From: Ignavibacteriota bacterium
GTDB lineage: Bacteria > Bacteroidota > Ignavibacteria > UBA10030
Assembly (NCBI GenBank): GCA_022616555.1
Contig: JAKEEG010000091.1
Span: 1,016-65,015 of the forward strand
Length of the DNA: 64,000 nt
Direction of reading: 5' to 3'
Position numbers and translations under genes: made by a program. The notes below the pieces were generated by a model. The model was given only the letters and a program-made list of their open reading frames with translations, made no database searches and was not told where the DNA came from. Numbering within the stretch: position 1 is the first letter of the stretch; every line of letters begins with the position of its first letter. This document shows, piece after piece, positions 41,370 to 50,392 of the stretch.

Positions 41370-42572
41370 CTATTTAAGAATAGCAATCACTTCTTCCTGC
41401 ATCGGTTCGCCAGTGACGATCACTTCGCGGTTGGCGGAGATAAACACGTCGATCTCGCTGCGCACGCCGAATTTTCCCGGGAGGTACACGCCCGGTTCAA
41501 TGGAGAACGACGTCATAAGAATAACCTTCCGCTCGTCACGTGTTTCCAAATTATCCATGTTCGCGCCGTTGCCATGGATTTCCTCGCCGATGGAATGTCC
41601 CGTGCGATGTACAAAATACTCGCCATAGCCCTTGGATTGAATATATTCCCGCGCTGCATCATCTACCTGATAGCCGTAAATCTCTTTCCCCACTTTAAAC
41701 GATGAACGCACAAAATTCAGGGCGGAGTCGCGGCCGCCTCTCACAACGTCGAATATCAGCTTGTAGTCATCCGGCACACTCGCACCGACAAAGCCCGTCC
41801 AAGTGATATCCGCGTACACTGAGTGGGGCTTGTCCTTCTTTGCCCATAAATCGATCAGCACGAAGTCCCCTTCATGGATTGGACTGTGCACATCTTTCGT
41901 CGGTTCATAATGCGGGTTAGCGCTGTTGGCGTTGACTGAGCAGTTCGGGTCGCTGTCAGTTTTAATGCCACGACGTTTGAATTCGTCCAACATAAACTGC
42001 TGAACGTCGTACTCCGTCAACGCCCGTTTGGAGCGAATTTGTTCCCTGATGAACCCAAACGTCAGGTCGACGATCTGGCGTAAATGTTTTGCCGTCTCGA
42101 AATTATCCCGCGCCTGCTCGTCCGTCCACCGCGCTTCAAAGCGCTGGACGAGGTTCATCGATGAAACAACTTCAACACCAGCTTCCCGCACGAGTTCTAT
42201 AGTTCCTCCATCAACATTAGAGACATACGGAATGGCGTTTCGCTGGGAGTATTCCATCGCAACCCGCTTGGCTCCATTGAGGATGGTCTTTAGTCCATCC
42301 TCCAACGATTTCCAACTCAAATACACCTGTTTCTTACCGGGCAGGGCGTCAAGATTCCACTGCTCGATATTATGGACGAGCTTCTTCGGTTCGCCTTTAG
42401 CGGGAATAAAATAAAAATACCGGCGTGTTTGCAGAATATGTTCCGGCAAAGCCAGCACGCGTGTGGCAAAGACGTTCGAGCCGCGAAAATTATACAACAG
42501 CCAGCCGTCAATTTTCTCTTCTTGCAGGGCTTGCTGGATTTCCTGGATTTTTTGCGTGTAATCTTGGGGCAT
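41370..42572 (-). CDS. M24 family (Xaa-Pro-type) aminopeptidase
   Basis: NPHY, IDLW, ADITWT, HRTGHSIG, FSIEPGVY, GVRSEID metal-ligand motifs. Confidence 0.9.
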   Translation of the reverse strand: MPQDYTQKIQEIQQALQEEKIDGWLLYNFRGSNVFATRVLALPEHILQTRRYFYFIPAKGEPKKLVHNIEQWNLDALPGKKQVYLSWKSLEDGLKTILNGAKRVAMEYSQRNAIPYVSNVDGGTIELVREAGVEVVSSMNLVQRFEARWTDEQARDNFETAKHLRQIVDLTFGFIREQIRSKRALTEYDVQQFMLDEFKRRGIKTDSDPNCSVNANSANPHYEPTKDVHSPIHEGDFVLIDLWAKKDKPHSVYADITWTGFVGASVPDDYKLIFDVVRGGRDSALNFVRSSFKVGKEIYGYQVDDAAREYIQSKGYGEYFVHRTGHSIGEEIHGNGANMDNLETRDERKVILMTSFSIEPGVYLPGKFGVRSEIDVFISANREVIVTGEPMQEEVIAILK

Positions 42573-42628
42573 GAAAAGCTTCCTTATATAGCGTCAAATG
42601 CAAAAAATGTTTTATAGTTCTTCATTGG

Positions 42629-42710
42629 CTACCCCTGCGGCTCAAACAGCGAGCCGCGTCCCCCTTGATGAAGAGGGGCAAAAAATAATGGCACGGATTT
42701 CCCCTTCTTA
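42629..42710. repeat. Partial copy of the multi-hairpin CCCCT/AGGGG repeat
   Basis: ACCCCTGCGGCTCA..GAGCCGCGTCCCCCTT..AGGGG..TTTCCCCT; aligns with the copies at 59353 and 63816. Confidence 0.75.
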
Positions 42711-42730
42711 CTAATCGCAATATACGCAAC

Positions 42731-42770
42731 AAAAATAAAAAAGCCCGCAACGTTGTGCGCCGCTGGCTTG
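42731..42770 (-). terminator. Intrinsic terminator after kamA
   Basis: Minus strand AAGCC-A-GCGGCG..CGTTGC-G-GGCTT followed by TTTTATTTTT. Confidence 0.65.
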
Positions 42771-42790
42771 GTGTGCGGTTCAGTAAAGCC

Positions 42791-43960
42791 TCATTTCCCT
42801 ACCAGCTCGATTTCGTGTTCTACTTCATGCTCAGTGCGCTTTGGCACGTAGGCTTTTTTCTTCTGGCCGTTGCGCTTGCGCATGTATTTCTCTTCCGGGA
42901 CTGGTAATTCCGGCTCGGTCTCTGGCACATCGGGATAGGTATAGACTTCGTACTTGAAATTACGGAGCAGAATATCGTTCCCGTTCCTGCCCAGGACATA
43001 CTGCGGCAGGAGGGGTATTTTCCCTCCCCCACCCGGAGCGTCAATGACAAAATACGGCACGGCAAGTCCGGATGTATGTCCGCGCAGCTTGTCCATAATC
43101 TCCAGGCCAACACGCACCGGCGTGCGGAAATAATTCGTGCCTTTCGTAATGTCCGCCTGATATATATAGTACGGACGCACGCGCATTTTGAGAAGCTTGC
43201 GGTGAAGCTCCAGCATGACATCCGGGTCGTCGTTGACACCCTTCATCAACACAGCCTGGTTGCCGACTGGACAGCCCGCGTCGGCGAGCATCGCGCAGGC
43301 GCGTTCGGCTTCCGGCGTGCACTCCCACGGGTGGTTAAAATGCGTGTTAACATAAATAGGATGATACTTTTTGATCATCTTGCACAGCTTGGCTGTAATG
43401 CGCTGGGGAAGCACGCAGGGCATTTTGGTGCCGAGCCGTATGATTTCCACATGCGGGATGGCACGCAAACCGGCGAGAATACGCTCAAGCACATAGTCCG
43501 TCACCATCAGCGGGTCGCCGCCGGAAAGAACAACGTCGCGCACCTCGGGATGCGCAGCAATGTAGTCGATACCGTCCTGAATCCACTTGGAATTGATCTT
43601 ACTCGAATCGCTTACTTTCCGCTTACGAGTGCAGAAGCGGCAATACATGGAGCACTGGCTGGTGACCAAGAACAACACGCGGTCGGGATAGCGATGCGTG
43701 ATGCTCGGCACCGGGCTATCAGCTTCTTCGTTGAGCGGGTCCTCAGGAAAGCCGTCGTCTTCCAATTCTTTGGCGTCGGGAATACACTGCAGCCAGATCG
43801 GGTCGCCGGGGTAGCGAATCAAGCTGAGATAGTACGGATTGATCCGTGTGTGAAACAGCTTGTTCAGTTTTTCTGCGAGGTCCTTATCAAATCCAAATCT
43901 CTCAACTAAATCCTTGCTGCTATCGACGCTCTCCCGCAACAGCTCTTGCCAGAGTTCCAT
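42791..43960 (-). CDS. kamA: KamA family radical SAM / PLP lysine 2,3-aminomutase
   Basis: THRYPDRVL, CSMYCRFC, SGGDPL, RVRPYYIYQAD, VIDAPGGGGK (PLP lysine). Confidence 0.92.
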   Translation of the reverse strand: MELWQELLRESVDSSKDLVERFGFDKDLAEKLNKLFHTRINPYYLSLIRYPGDPIWLQCIPDAKELEDDGFPEDPLNEEADSPVPSITHRYPDRVLFLVTSQCSMYCRFCTRKRKVSDSSKINSKWIQDGIDYIAAHPEVRDVVLSGGDPLMVTDYVLERILAGLRAIPHVEIIRLGTKMPCVLPQRITAKLCKMIKKYHPIYVNTHFNHPWECTPEAERACAMLADAGCPVGNQAVLMKGVNDDPDVMLELHRKLLKMRVRPYYIYQADITKGTNYFRTPVRVGLEIMDKLRGHTSGLAVPYFVIDAPGGGGKIPLLPQYVLGRNGNDILLRNFKYEVYTYPDVPETEPELPVPEEKYMRKRNGQKKKAYVPKRTEHEVEHEIELVGK

Positions 43961-44008
43961 ATCGTCAGCCTCTTCCTTCCGTTGTTGATGGATTTACAGC
44001 TTGTAACC

Positions 44009-45109
44009 CTACCTGCTACGTTCGAGCGCATGCTCGACAATCTTGCACACTGTGTCCTCGAACGTCAATCCGTACACCCGCGCGGAGCGCGCAAAGCCCG
44101 CGTCATCGGAGATGTCGGGGTTCGGATTAACTTCGATAACGTACGGCGTAAAATTCTTCGTCAGCCGGATGTCGACGCGCGCATAATCGCGCAATCCTAT
44201 AATTTTAAACGCACGGAGAGCGATCTCCTTCGCCCGCTTCTCGACGTCGGCCGGTATCTTTGCCGGACATACGCCCACCGTGCCGATGAACTCCGGCGAG
44301 CCTTGCATCCACTTCGCGTTGTAGGTAACAATCTTCGGATAATCTTCCGGCAAACCGGAGAAATCGATTTCGGAAATCGGAAGCGCGACCGCGCGCTTGT
44401 TGCCAAGGATACCGACATTGATCTCCCTGCCGTCGATGTATTCTTCAACAAGCGCGGGCTGCTCGTACTCGCTGAAGATATACCGGACACGCTTTCGGAG
44501 CGCCTGCATGTCGTCTACAACCGAATCGTTCTCAATGCCGATGCTAGCATCCTCGCGCGAAGGCTTGACGATGAGAGGAAAGTTCAAATCGAAGTGGTTC
44601 CCATCAAGCTCTCCGATGTTTTGAAACATTGCGGAGCGGGGCGTAAGTAACTTATGCGCTGTGAGGATTTCCTTCACACGCGCTTTCTGCAAACACGTGC
44701 CGAGAGCGAACGCTCCTGCTCCGGTATAAGGAACGCCCATCAGTTCATAAATGCCGGCGACATGCATTTCATGGATAGCCAAGTTACCGACAGACTCGCA
44801 CAGGTTAAAAATCAAATCCGGTTTCTTCAGTTCGAGGAATCGGATAAGCCGCTTGATGTCGCCGTTCATATTAAAGAGCGACGTATTGTAGCCTGCGCCT
44901 TCGAGAACCCGTTGAACATGCTCGCGTTCCTCCAGCACGCCGACTTCGGAGAGGTCAATCGATTCCGGACTTAGCCCGGCTAACAACTGCTCGCGTGTCG
45001 CAAATTCCTCGATCTTCCCATTCTGCGAAACATACTTCCTCACACCGTTCGTTTCAGTCGTCGGCTCATTAAAGATAACCGCGACATGGACTTTTCTTGC
45101 CATCAGCAC
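44009..45109 (-). CDS. D-Ala-D-Ala ligase-like ATP-grasp enzyme (atypical)
   Basis: FNLCES, PYTGA, IVKPSREDASIG, VEEYIDGRE, YNAKW, YARVD, EVNPNPD. Confidence 0.88.
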   Translation of the reverse strand: MLMARKVHVAVIFNEPTTETNGVRKYVSQNGKIEEFATREQLLAGLSPESIDLSEVGVLEEREHVQRVLEGAGYNTSLFNMNGDIKRLIRFLELKKPDLIFNLCESVGNLAIHEMHVAGIYELMGVPYTGAGAFALGTCLQKARVKEILTAHKLLTPRSAMFQNIGELDGNHFDLNFPLIVKPSREDASIGIENDSVVDDMQALRKRVRYIFSEYEQPALVEEYIDGREINVGILGNKRAVALPISEIDFSGLPEDYPKIVTYNAKWMQGSPEFIGTVGVCPAKIPADVEKRAKEIALRAFKIIGLRDYARVDIRLTKNFTPYVIEVNPNPDISDDAGFARSARVYGLTFEDTVCKIVEHALERSR

Positions 45110-45142
45110 CCTCAGATTGTTGTTGGATTCGTGTACACCTGC

Positions 45143-45742
45143 TCAGCTCTTCGCGTATTCTCCTACCGTACGTTCCAACTCGTCAAGCTCATCGATGATC
45201 GCATCTCCAAAATAATACCGCACTTCCTCCCGGACTCCTCTGTAGAGAGTCTCGCCGCTATCCAAACACACAAGCGATTTATCGTCAATTTCCACCGCCG
45301 GAACCAACGCGCCGCCGTCATACGTGAGCGGAAACAAACAGCTAATCATAGGTTTCAGCTCGTGGTAGTCTATTCCCTTCTCTATACTATAGCTATGGAG
45401 CATGCACCCGCGCCCATTTTTATTGAGAAAAATGCAGCCACGTTCGTTGGTTTGTGTACGGGTGCAACTCCCCCCGGGGTACTCCTCCTCTGTCCAAAAT
45501 TCGTCAACGAACCACCGGTCCTTTGGAATACCGGTAAATTGTTCCAAACCGGCGGCATGCTGTTCAATCCGACGCAAATTTTTGATATCGACATCAACGC
45601 CAAATGAACAACACCAGTCGTTGCAGAATGTGCAAGACGAACAATGCGTGAAATACTTGATGCGAAAAATATCCGTCTCAACAGAGCCAATGTTCGGTGT
45701 TCCGTAAATACTTGGATAAACCAGACGCAGTTCCTGAATCAT
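45143..45742 (-). CDS. Cys-rich DUF3109 / CxxCxxCC-like metal-cluster protein
   Basis: CSSCTFCNDWCCSFG, GCIFL..GRGCMLH, KPMISCLFP; ATG 45742 follows SD AAGGAG. Confidence 0.7.
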   Translation of the reverse strand: MIQELRLVYPSIYGTPNIGSVETDIFRIKYFTHCSSCTFCNDWCCSFGVDVDIKNLRRIEQHAAGLEQFTGIPKDRWFVDEFWTEEEYPGGSCTRTQTNERGCIFLNKNGRGCMLHSYSIEKGIDYHELKPMISCLFPLTYDGGALVPAVEIDDKSLVCLDSGETLYRGVREEVRYYFGDAIIDELDELERTVGEYAKS

Positions 45743-45749
45743 CGGCTCC

Positions 45750-46859
45750 TTAACGTCCCATTCCGTGCCGCGCCAGAGCATTATCGAGCACGTTATTCAA
45801 CAATTGATTGTAATTGATTCCCACTTTCCTCGCCGCCATCGGAAAACACGAGTGGTCGTCCGGGTTCGGTAAAATACCCGGGAGCGGGTTTAACTCAATA
45901 ATATTCGGTTCGCCCGTTTCATCCAGCCGCACGTCCATACGACACCAATCGCGCACACGCAAGACGGTGTATGCCTGCTTGCATATTTCTTGAATCCGCG
46001 CGTCAAGCGCGGCATCAATATTCGCGGGGCAGTCGTACATGTTAATGGGATGGTCAGGCTGGTCCCACATCCATTTGGCTTCGTAGGAATAAATCGGGTT
46101 CGCACCCGGCGGCAACTTGTCGAGCCTCACTTCCACTACTGGCAGAACCCTCACTGATTCACCATTGCCTAATAACGCGACAGTAAATTCCCTGCCCGAT
46201 AAAAATTTCTCGACAAGCGCCGGTTCATCGTACTGTTCCAGCACGCGCTTGACTTCCCGGTGCAATTCTTCGGGAGTGCGCACGATGGAAGAATTCAGCA
46301 CGCCTTTGCTGGATCCCTCATAGAGCGGTTTTACGACGGCAGGAAACGGAGCCTGGATGCTGTTTAACTCTTCGAGAGACGAAACGACCACAAATGGAGC
46401 CGTGGGAATCTTATAGTGCGAGAGAATTTCTTTGGCGCGCGATTTATCAAGACAGATGCCAAGCGTGACGGGGTCTGAGCCAGTGTAGGGAATACCAAGA
46501 AATTCGAGAAAGGCGGGAACTTGCGCTTCGCGGGATGCTCCACGCAAGCCTTCGGCAATATTGAACACGATATCCGGCCGAAGAGCCGATAGTTTCTGGA
46601 AGGCGTCCTCGTTGGCTTCGATGAGGGTGACAGTGTGCCCTTCTTCCAGTGCTGCTTTGACGGCTTGAATGGTTTCTTCACTATCCCATTCAAGATATGT
46701 ATCGTCTCTCGTTAACTTCGCTTTCACAGGCGCGAGGACCTCTACTGTGTCGTCGGCGCTTTCCTCCCGCACGTGTTCGTTCGTCTCAACTTCGGTGTTA
46801 CCGTTCTTCACATTGTAGACGAGAGCGACATGCAATCGTCGTAACAAGCAGTCGTTCAA
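45750..46859 (-). CDS. D-Ala-D-Ala ligase-like ATP-grasp enzyme (atypical)
   Basis: EWDSEETI, FNIAEG, PYTGSD, VVKPLYEGSSKG, VEKFLSGREFT, YEAKW, WCRMD, ELNPLPG. Start uncertain (alternative TTG about 8 codons later). Confidence 0.88.
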   Translation of the reverse strand: MNDCLLRRLHVALVYNVKNGNTEVETNEHVREESADDTVEVLAPVKAKLTRDDTYLEWDSEETIQAVKAALEEGHTVTLIEANEDAFQKLSALRPDIVFNIAEGLRGASREAQVPAFLEFLGIPYTGSDPVTLGICLDKSRAKEILSHYKIPTAPFVVVSSLEELNSIQAPFPAVVKPLYEGSSKGVLNSSIVRTPEELHREVKRVLEQYDEPALVEKFLSGREFTVALLGNGESVRVLPVVEVRLDKLPPGANPIYSYEAKWMWDQPDHPINMYDCPANIDAALDARIQEICKQAYTVLRVRDWCRMDVRLDETGEPNIIELNPLPGILPNPDDHSCFPMAARKVGINYNQLLNNVLDNALARHGMGR

Positions 46860-46937
46860 CCTTTCGTTGGTGAGCGATGTGCATCGTTCTGGTGAACGAT
46901 GTTCTGTTCTCGTACGAACGAACAGAAGTACTTGCTA

Positions 46938-46967
46938 CAAATATAACCTTTTTACAGTCTGTGTCAA
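46938..46967 (-). promoter_or_regulatory. Promoter of the ATP-grasp/kamA operon
   Basis: Minus strand TTGACA-N16-TATATTTG. Confidence 0.6.
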
Positions 46968-47129
46968 GCATTTTAGGCGTTCGCGCGCATTTTTTTCGCG
47001 ATCGTACTTGACACGAGTCGCGAAAAGTTTTCGCGTTACGAACAACGCGCGGAGAGATAAACACGCGAGCGCATAGAGCAACTGACGACGGAGAAAAACA
47101 AGGTAAGAGAATGAGAGGTTGATGACCGA

Positions 47130-47621
47130 TTAGTTGACGCCGAAGTCCATTCCGCACTTCGGACACGTCGTTGCATCGGGTGGAACGAGCGCTTTGCAGT
47201 TCTCGCAGTAGAAGAACTGATCCTGAGGGTCGGCGGCGCTATCTTCTTGTGCTTCAACGTCTTCGAGCGTTGTTGTTCGTTCCACTCTGGTGTCGTCGTA
47301 TTGCTTTTGAGTGGTAAACCACGCCCTCGCCGCCATGGCGAACGAGAATAGCGAGATGATCCAGCTCTGGATGGAACCTGTCTGAAGCGCCTGATAGAGG
47401 AAGAACCCGGCTACCGCCAGACCAACGACGGTGCTAAAGACCCTCGAAGACGTAACGGGCTGGGAAGGCGAGTCTGATCCGCTTCGGAAGCCGCTCGTGA
47501 GCCGCTCCCACCAGGATTCAGACTTCACATAGCCACAGTGGGGACAAAAGCTCGCCGCTTTGAGGAATGTTTTCCCGCAGCGCGGGCATGTCTGCTCGGC
47601 ATAAAGGTTTTCGCTACTCAC
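47130..47621 (-). CDS. Membrane protein with two double zinc-ribbon domains
   Basis: CPRC..CPHC at the N-terminus, two TM helices, CENC..CPKC at the C-terminus; 4-bp overlap with recG. Confidence 0.75.
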   Translation of the reverse strand: MSSENLYAEQTCPRCGKTFLKAASFCPHCGYVKSESWWERLTSGFRSGSDSPSQPVTSSRVFSTVVGLAVAGFFLYQALQTGSIQSWIISLFSFAMAARAWFTTQKQYDDTRVERTTTLEDVEAQEDSAADPQDQFFYCENCKALVPPDATTCPKCGMDFGVN

Positions 47622-49810
47622 CCAACTTCTCCTAATGACTGAATTTCTTTATAACGCAACTCGAAGTGCCGCCTGATTGCCGCGTTCTCCGTGCGGCGCA
47701 GGTGCGGATCGCTTACCACCAGATCGAATGCTTCCTTCCGAGCAAGCATCATGAGGTCCCTGTCTTCAACGATATTAGCAATCCTGAATTCCGGCATGCC
47801 GCTTTGTTTCGTGCCGAAGAAATCTCCCGGACCGCGAAGCTGCAAATCTACTTCGGCGATTTTGAAACCATCGGTTGTCTCGACCATTGTCTCCAGCCGG
47901 ACTTTCGCGCTTTTCTTTTCTCTTTGGACGTCCATCTCAGCCAATCCTTTGCTGTGGTCAAACCAGCCGTAATCGGCAATAAGAATGCAATACGATTGGT
48001 CGGCTCCTCTCCCAACGCGCCCGCGTAACTGGTGAAGCTGGGAAAGCCCAAACCGCTCGGCATTCTCGATAATCATTATCGTCGCGTTCGGCACGTCGAT
48101 GCCTACTTCAATGACGGTAGTTGCAACGAGAATGTCAATCGCGCCGGATTTAAACTCCCGCATCACCGCGTCCTTTGCCTCAGTTTTCATGCGTCCGTGA
48201 ATAAGCGCGAGCTTGAGGTCGGGAAAAATTTTGCTCAGACGGTCGTATCCGGCAGTAGCCGCTTTGAGGTCGACTTTCTCAGATTCCTCAATAATAGGGA
48301 ATACAATATACGCCTGCCGCCCCTGTGCAATCTCTTTTTGAACAAAATCGAACACTTTAGCCTTTTGGTCTTCCAACCGCACAGCAGTTTTTATCGGTTT
48401 GCGGTGCGCGGGCATCTCGTCTATGACAGAAACATCGAGGTCGCCGTAGAGTGACATGGCAAGCGTGCGTGGAATTGGCGTGGCGGTCATAACCAAAACA
48501 TCGGGCGGGAGTGCGTTAGCTCCCTTGGCACGAAGAGTTGCGCGCTGCATCACGCCGAAGCGATGTTGTTCATCGATAACGACGAGCCCCAGTTTGCCAA
48601 ACTCCACATGTTCCTGAATGAGCGCGTGAGTGCCAACGACAATCTGCGCGCTGCCTCTATGAATATCATCCAGCACATCCTGGCGCAATTTTCGTTTCTG
48701 CCCGCCGATGAGCAGGCGAACATTGACGGGGAGATTTTTCAGAAACTCCGCGAGCGTACGGAAGTGCTGCTCGGCGAGGACTTCCGTAGGAGCCATGAAA
48801 GCGGCTTGGTAGCCGTTTTCAACTGCAATCAGCATAGCAAGTAGAGCGACAATCGTCTTGCCGCTTCCTACATCGCCCTGTAGAAGTCGATTCATCACTT
48901 TAGGCATTCGCATATCGTCAGAGATTTCTTTCACGACTCGGCGCTGAGCTGTCGTAAGCTCAAACGGTAGCGAATCCACCAATTGCCGGGCGAGCTTGCT
49001 CTCAACTGCAAACGAAATGCCGTTTGTGTCTTCCTTAATAGAGCGTTTGCGAAAAGCGAGCATGAGCTGGAGGAAAAACAACTCGTCGAATTTCAGTCTC
49101 CGCTTTGCCGTCTCTAGCGCTGCTGTGTTTTCCGGAAAATGGATATTGCGTATGGCGAACGGCAGGTCAACTAACTGCCCGCTCTGGCGTATGTCGTTGG
49201 AGAGCGTTTCTTTGATTTCGTGAATATGCGAGTTTAGCGCGTTGCGCAGGATGCGTCGAAATCCCCGGCTGTCCAGCCCGACTTTCGTCAAGTCCGCCGT
49301 TGAAGGATACTTGGGAATAATAGCGCCGGTATTAAACATTTTGCCCCAGTCGGGCTCGTCTTCTTCCATCGCGCCCTTCAGCCGGTCGAATTCAGGATGA
49401 ATGAACTGCACACGCCCGAGTTTATCAAAGTCCGGGTACGACGACAGCGAGAGCAGCTCGCCTTGCTCGAACGCGTCTTTATACCATTGCACGCCCTCAA
49501 ACCAGACGCATTGCAGATAGCCGCTGCTGTCTTTCACCGTTAGGACAAAAAACGAGCGCCTCGATTTTTTGGCGTATTTCACCTCGAAGCGAAACACCTC
49601 GCCAACCACAGTCACCTGCTCGCCTTTGCCGGCATAGCGTTTCAGGTCTTTGATGGGAATAATACGGCTGCGGTCGAGATAATCGCGCGGGAAATAATAC
49701 AACACATCGTGCGCGGAGTGGATACCGATGGATTCCAGCGCCTTCGCGCGCTTCGGTCCAACGCCTTTCAGGTACTGGAGGGGTGAGGTATGTTGGGATG
49801 GGGTCTGCAA
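47618..49810 (-). CDS. recG: ATP-dependent DNA helicase RecG
   Basis: LKGVGPKRA, RLLQGDVGSGKT, DEQHRFG, MTATPIPRTL, QLHQLRGRVGRG, DGFKIAEVDLQLRGPG. Confidence 0.97.
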   Translation of the reverse strand: MQTPSQHTSPLQYLKGVGPKRAKALESIGIHSAHDVLYYFPRDYLDRSRIIPIKDLKRYAGKGEQVTVVGEVFRFEVKYAKKSRRSFFVLTVKDSSGYLQCVWFEGVQWYKDAFEQGELLSLSSYPDFDKLGRVQFIHPEFDRLKGAMEEDEPDWGKMFNTGAIIPKYPSTADLTKVGLDSRGFRRILRNALNSHIHEIKETLSNDIRQSGQLVDLPFAIRNIHFPENTAALETAKRRLKFDELFFLQLMLAFRKRSIKEDTNGISFAVESKLARQLVDSLPFELTTAQRRVVKEISDDMRMPKVMNRLLQGDVGSGKTIVALLAMLIAVENGYQAAFMAPTEVLAEQHFRTLAEFLKNLPVNVRLLIGGQKRKLRQDVLDDIHRGSAQIVVGTHALIQEHVEFGKLGLVVIDEQHRFGVMQRATLRAKGANALPPDVLVMTATPIPRTLAMSLYGDLDVSVIDEMPAHRKPIKTAVRLEDQKAKVFDFVQKEIAQGRQAYIVFPIIEESEKVDLKAATAGYDRLSKIFPDLKLALIHGRMKTEAKDAVMREFKSGAIDILVATTVIEVGIDVPNATIMIIENAERFGLSQLHQLRGRVGRGADQSYCILIADYGWFDHSKGLAEMDVQREKKSAKVRLETMVETTDGFKIAEVDLQLRGPGDFFGTKQSGMPEFRIANIVEDRDLMMLARKEAFDLVVSDPHLRRTENAAIRRHFELRYKEIQSLGEVG

Positions 49811-49820
49811 ATATTCATGC

Positions 49821-49848
49821 GTAGGGGTTGAATATATTCAACCCCTAC
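49821..49848. repeat. GTAG-family REP, perfect 28-bp palindrome
   Basis: GTAGGGGTTGAATATATTCAACCCCTAC; contains the transposase stop codon. Confidence 0.9.
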
Positions 49849-50392
49849 TCCGATTTTTCACATTTATTGGATTTTCTTCGTCGTAGAACCAACGCAAAAC
49901 GTTATCGGCAATGTACTGCCTAATCCTAATCAACTCTTTTTCGTTGCGAATGATATGCTCGTAATAATCTCTCTGCCATTTAAACTCTAATGATTTATTT
50001 CGATGGCTGATTCGTGTCACTGCTGCTTTGTAAGAACGAATAATCGATCCAAGAGATTTTGGAATCACATGCTGATATCTGTTTTGTCGTTGTAGGGGTT
50101 CAATATATTGAACCCCTACCCTGTCTGTTATACACAGAATGCCGTGTATATGATTTGGCATCACAACATGCTCATCCAACTGGACATTCGGAAAATGCTC
50201 GGGAATTTTGACCCAGCATTCGTCGGCAATTTTTCCAATTGAAGACAGATTCATTTTCTCTTCAACAATATTCCCAAATACGCATTCCCGTTCGTACGTG
50301 CAAATCGTTATAAAGTACGCTCCTTCTTGAGAATAATCGTACTCTTTCAACCGTATTGATCGGCGGTGAAATTTCTCAAGGGTATCGCTCAT
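49838..50392 (-). mobile_element. REP-associated tyrosine (Y1/HUH) transposase, RAYT/TnpA-REP type
   Basis: HRRSIRLKEYDYS, YFITICT, VVMPNHIHGIL (HUH), WQRDYYEHIIR, RQYIADN (catalytic Tyr). Confidence 0.92.
50092..50119. repeat. GTAG-family REP inside the transposase ORF
   Basis: GTAGGGGTTCAATATATTGAACCCCTAC, a perfect palindrome read in frame as VGVQYIEPL. Confidence 0.9.

Noticed and set aside
40488..42572. M24 peptidase and DUF3078 barrel as part of the kamA/ATP-grasp system
   Set aside because: Separated from kamA by a terminator and a repeat; the link rests on adjacency only.
44009..46859. Calling the ligases ddl or van resistance genes
   Set aside because: They lack the D-Ala subsite motifs, and there is no mur/fts or vanH/vanX context.
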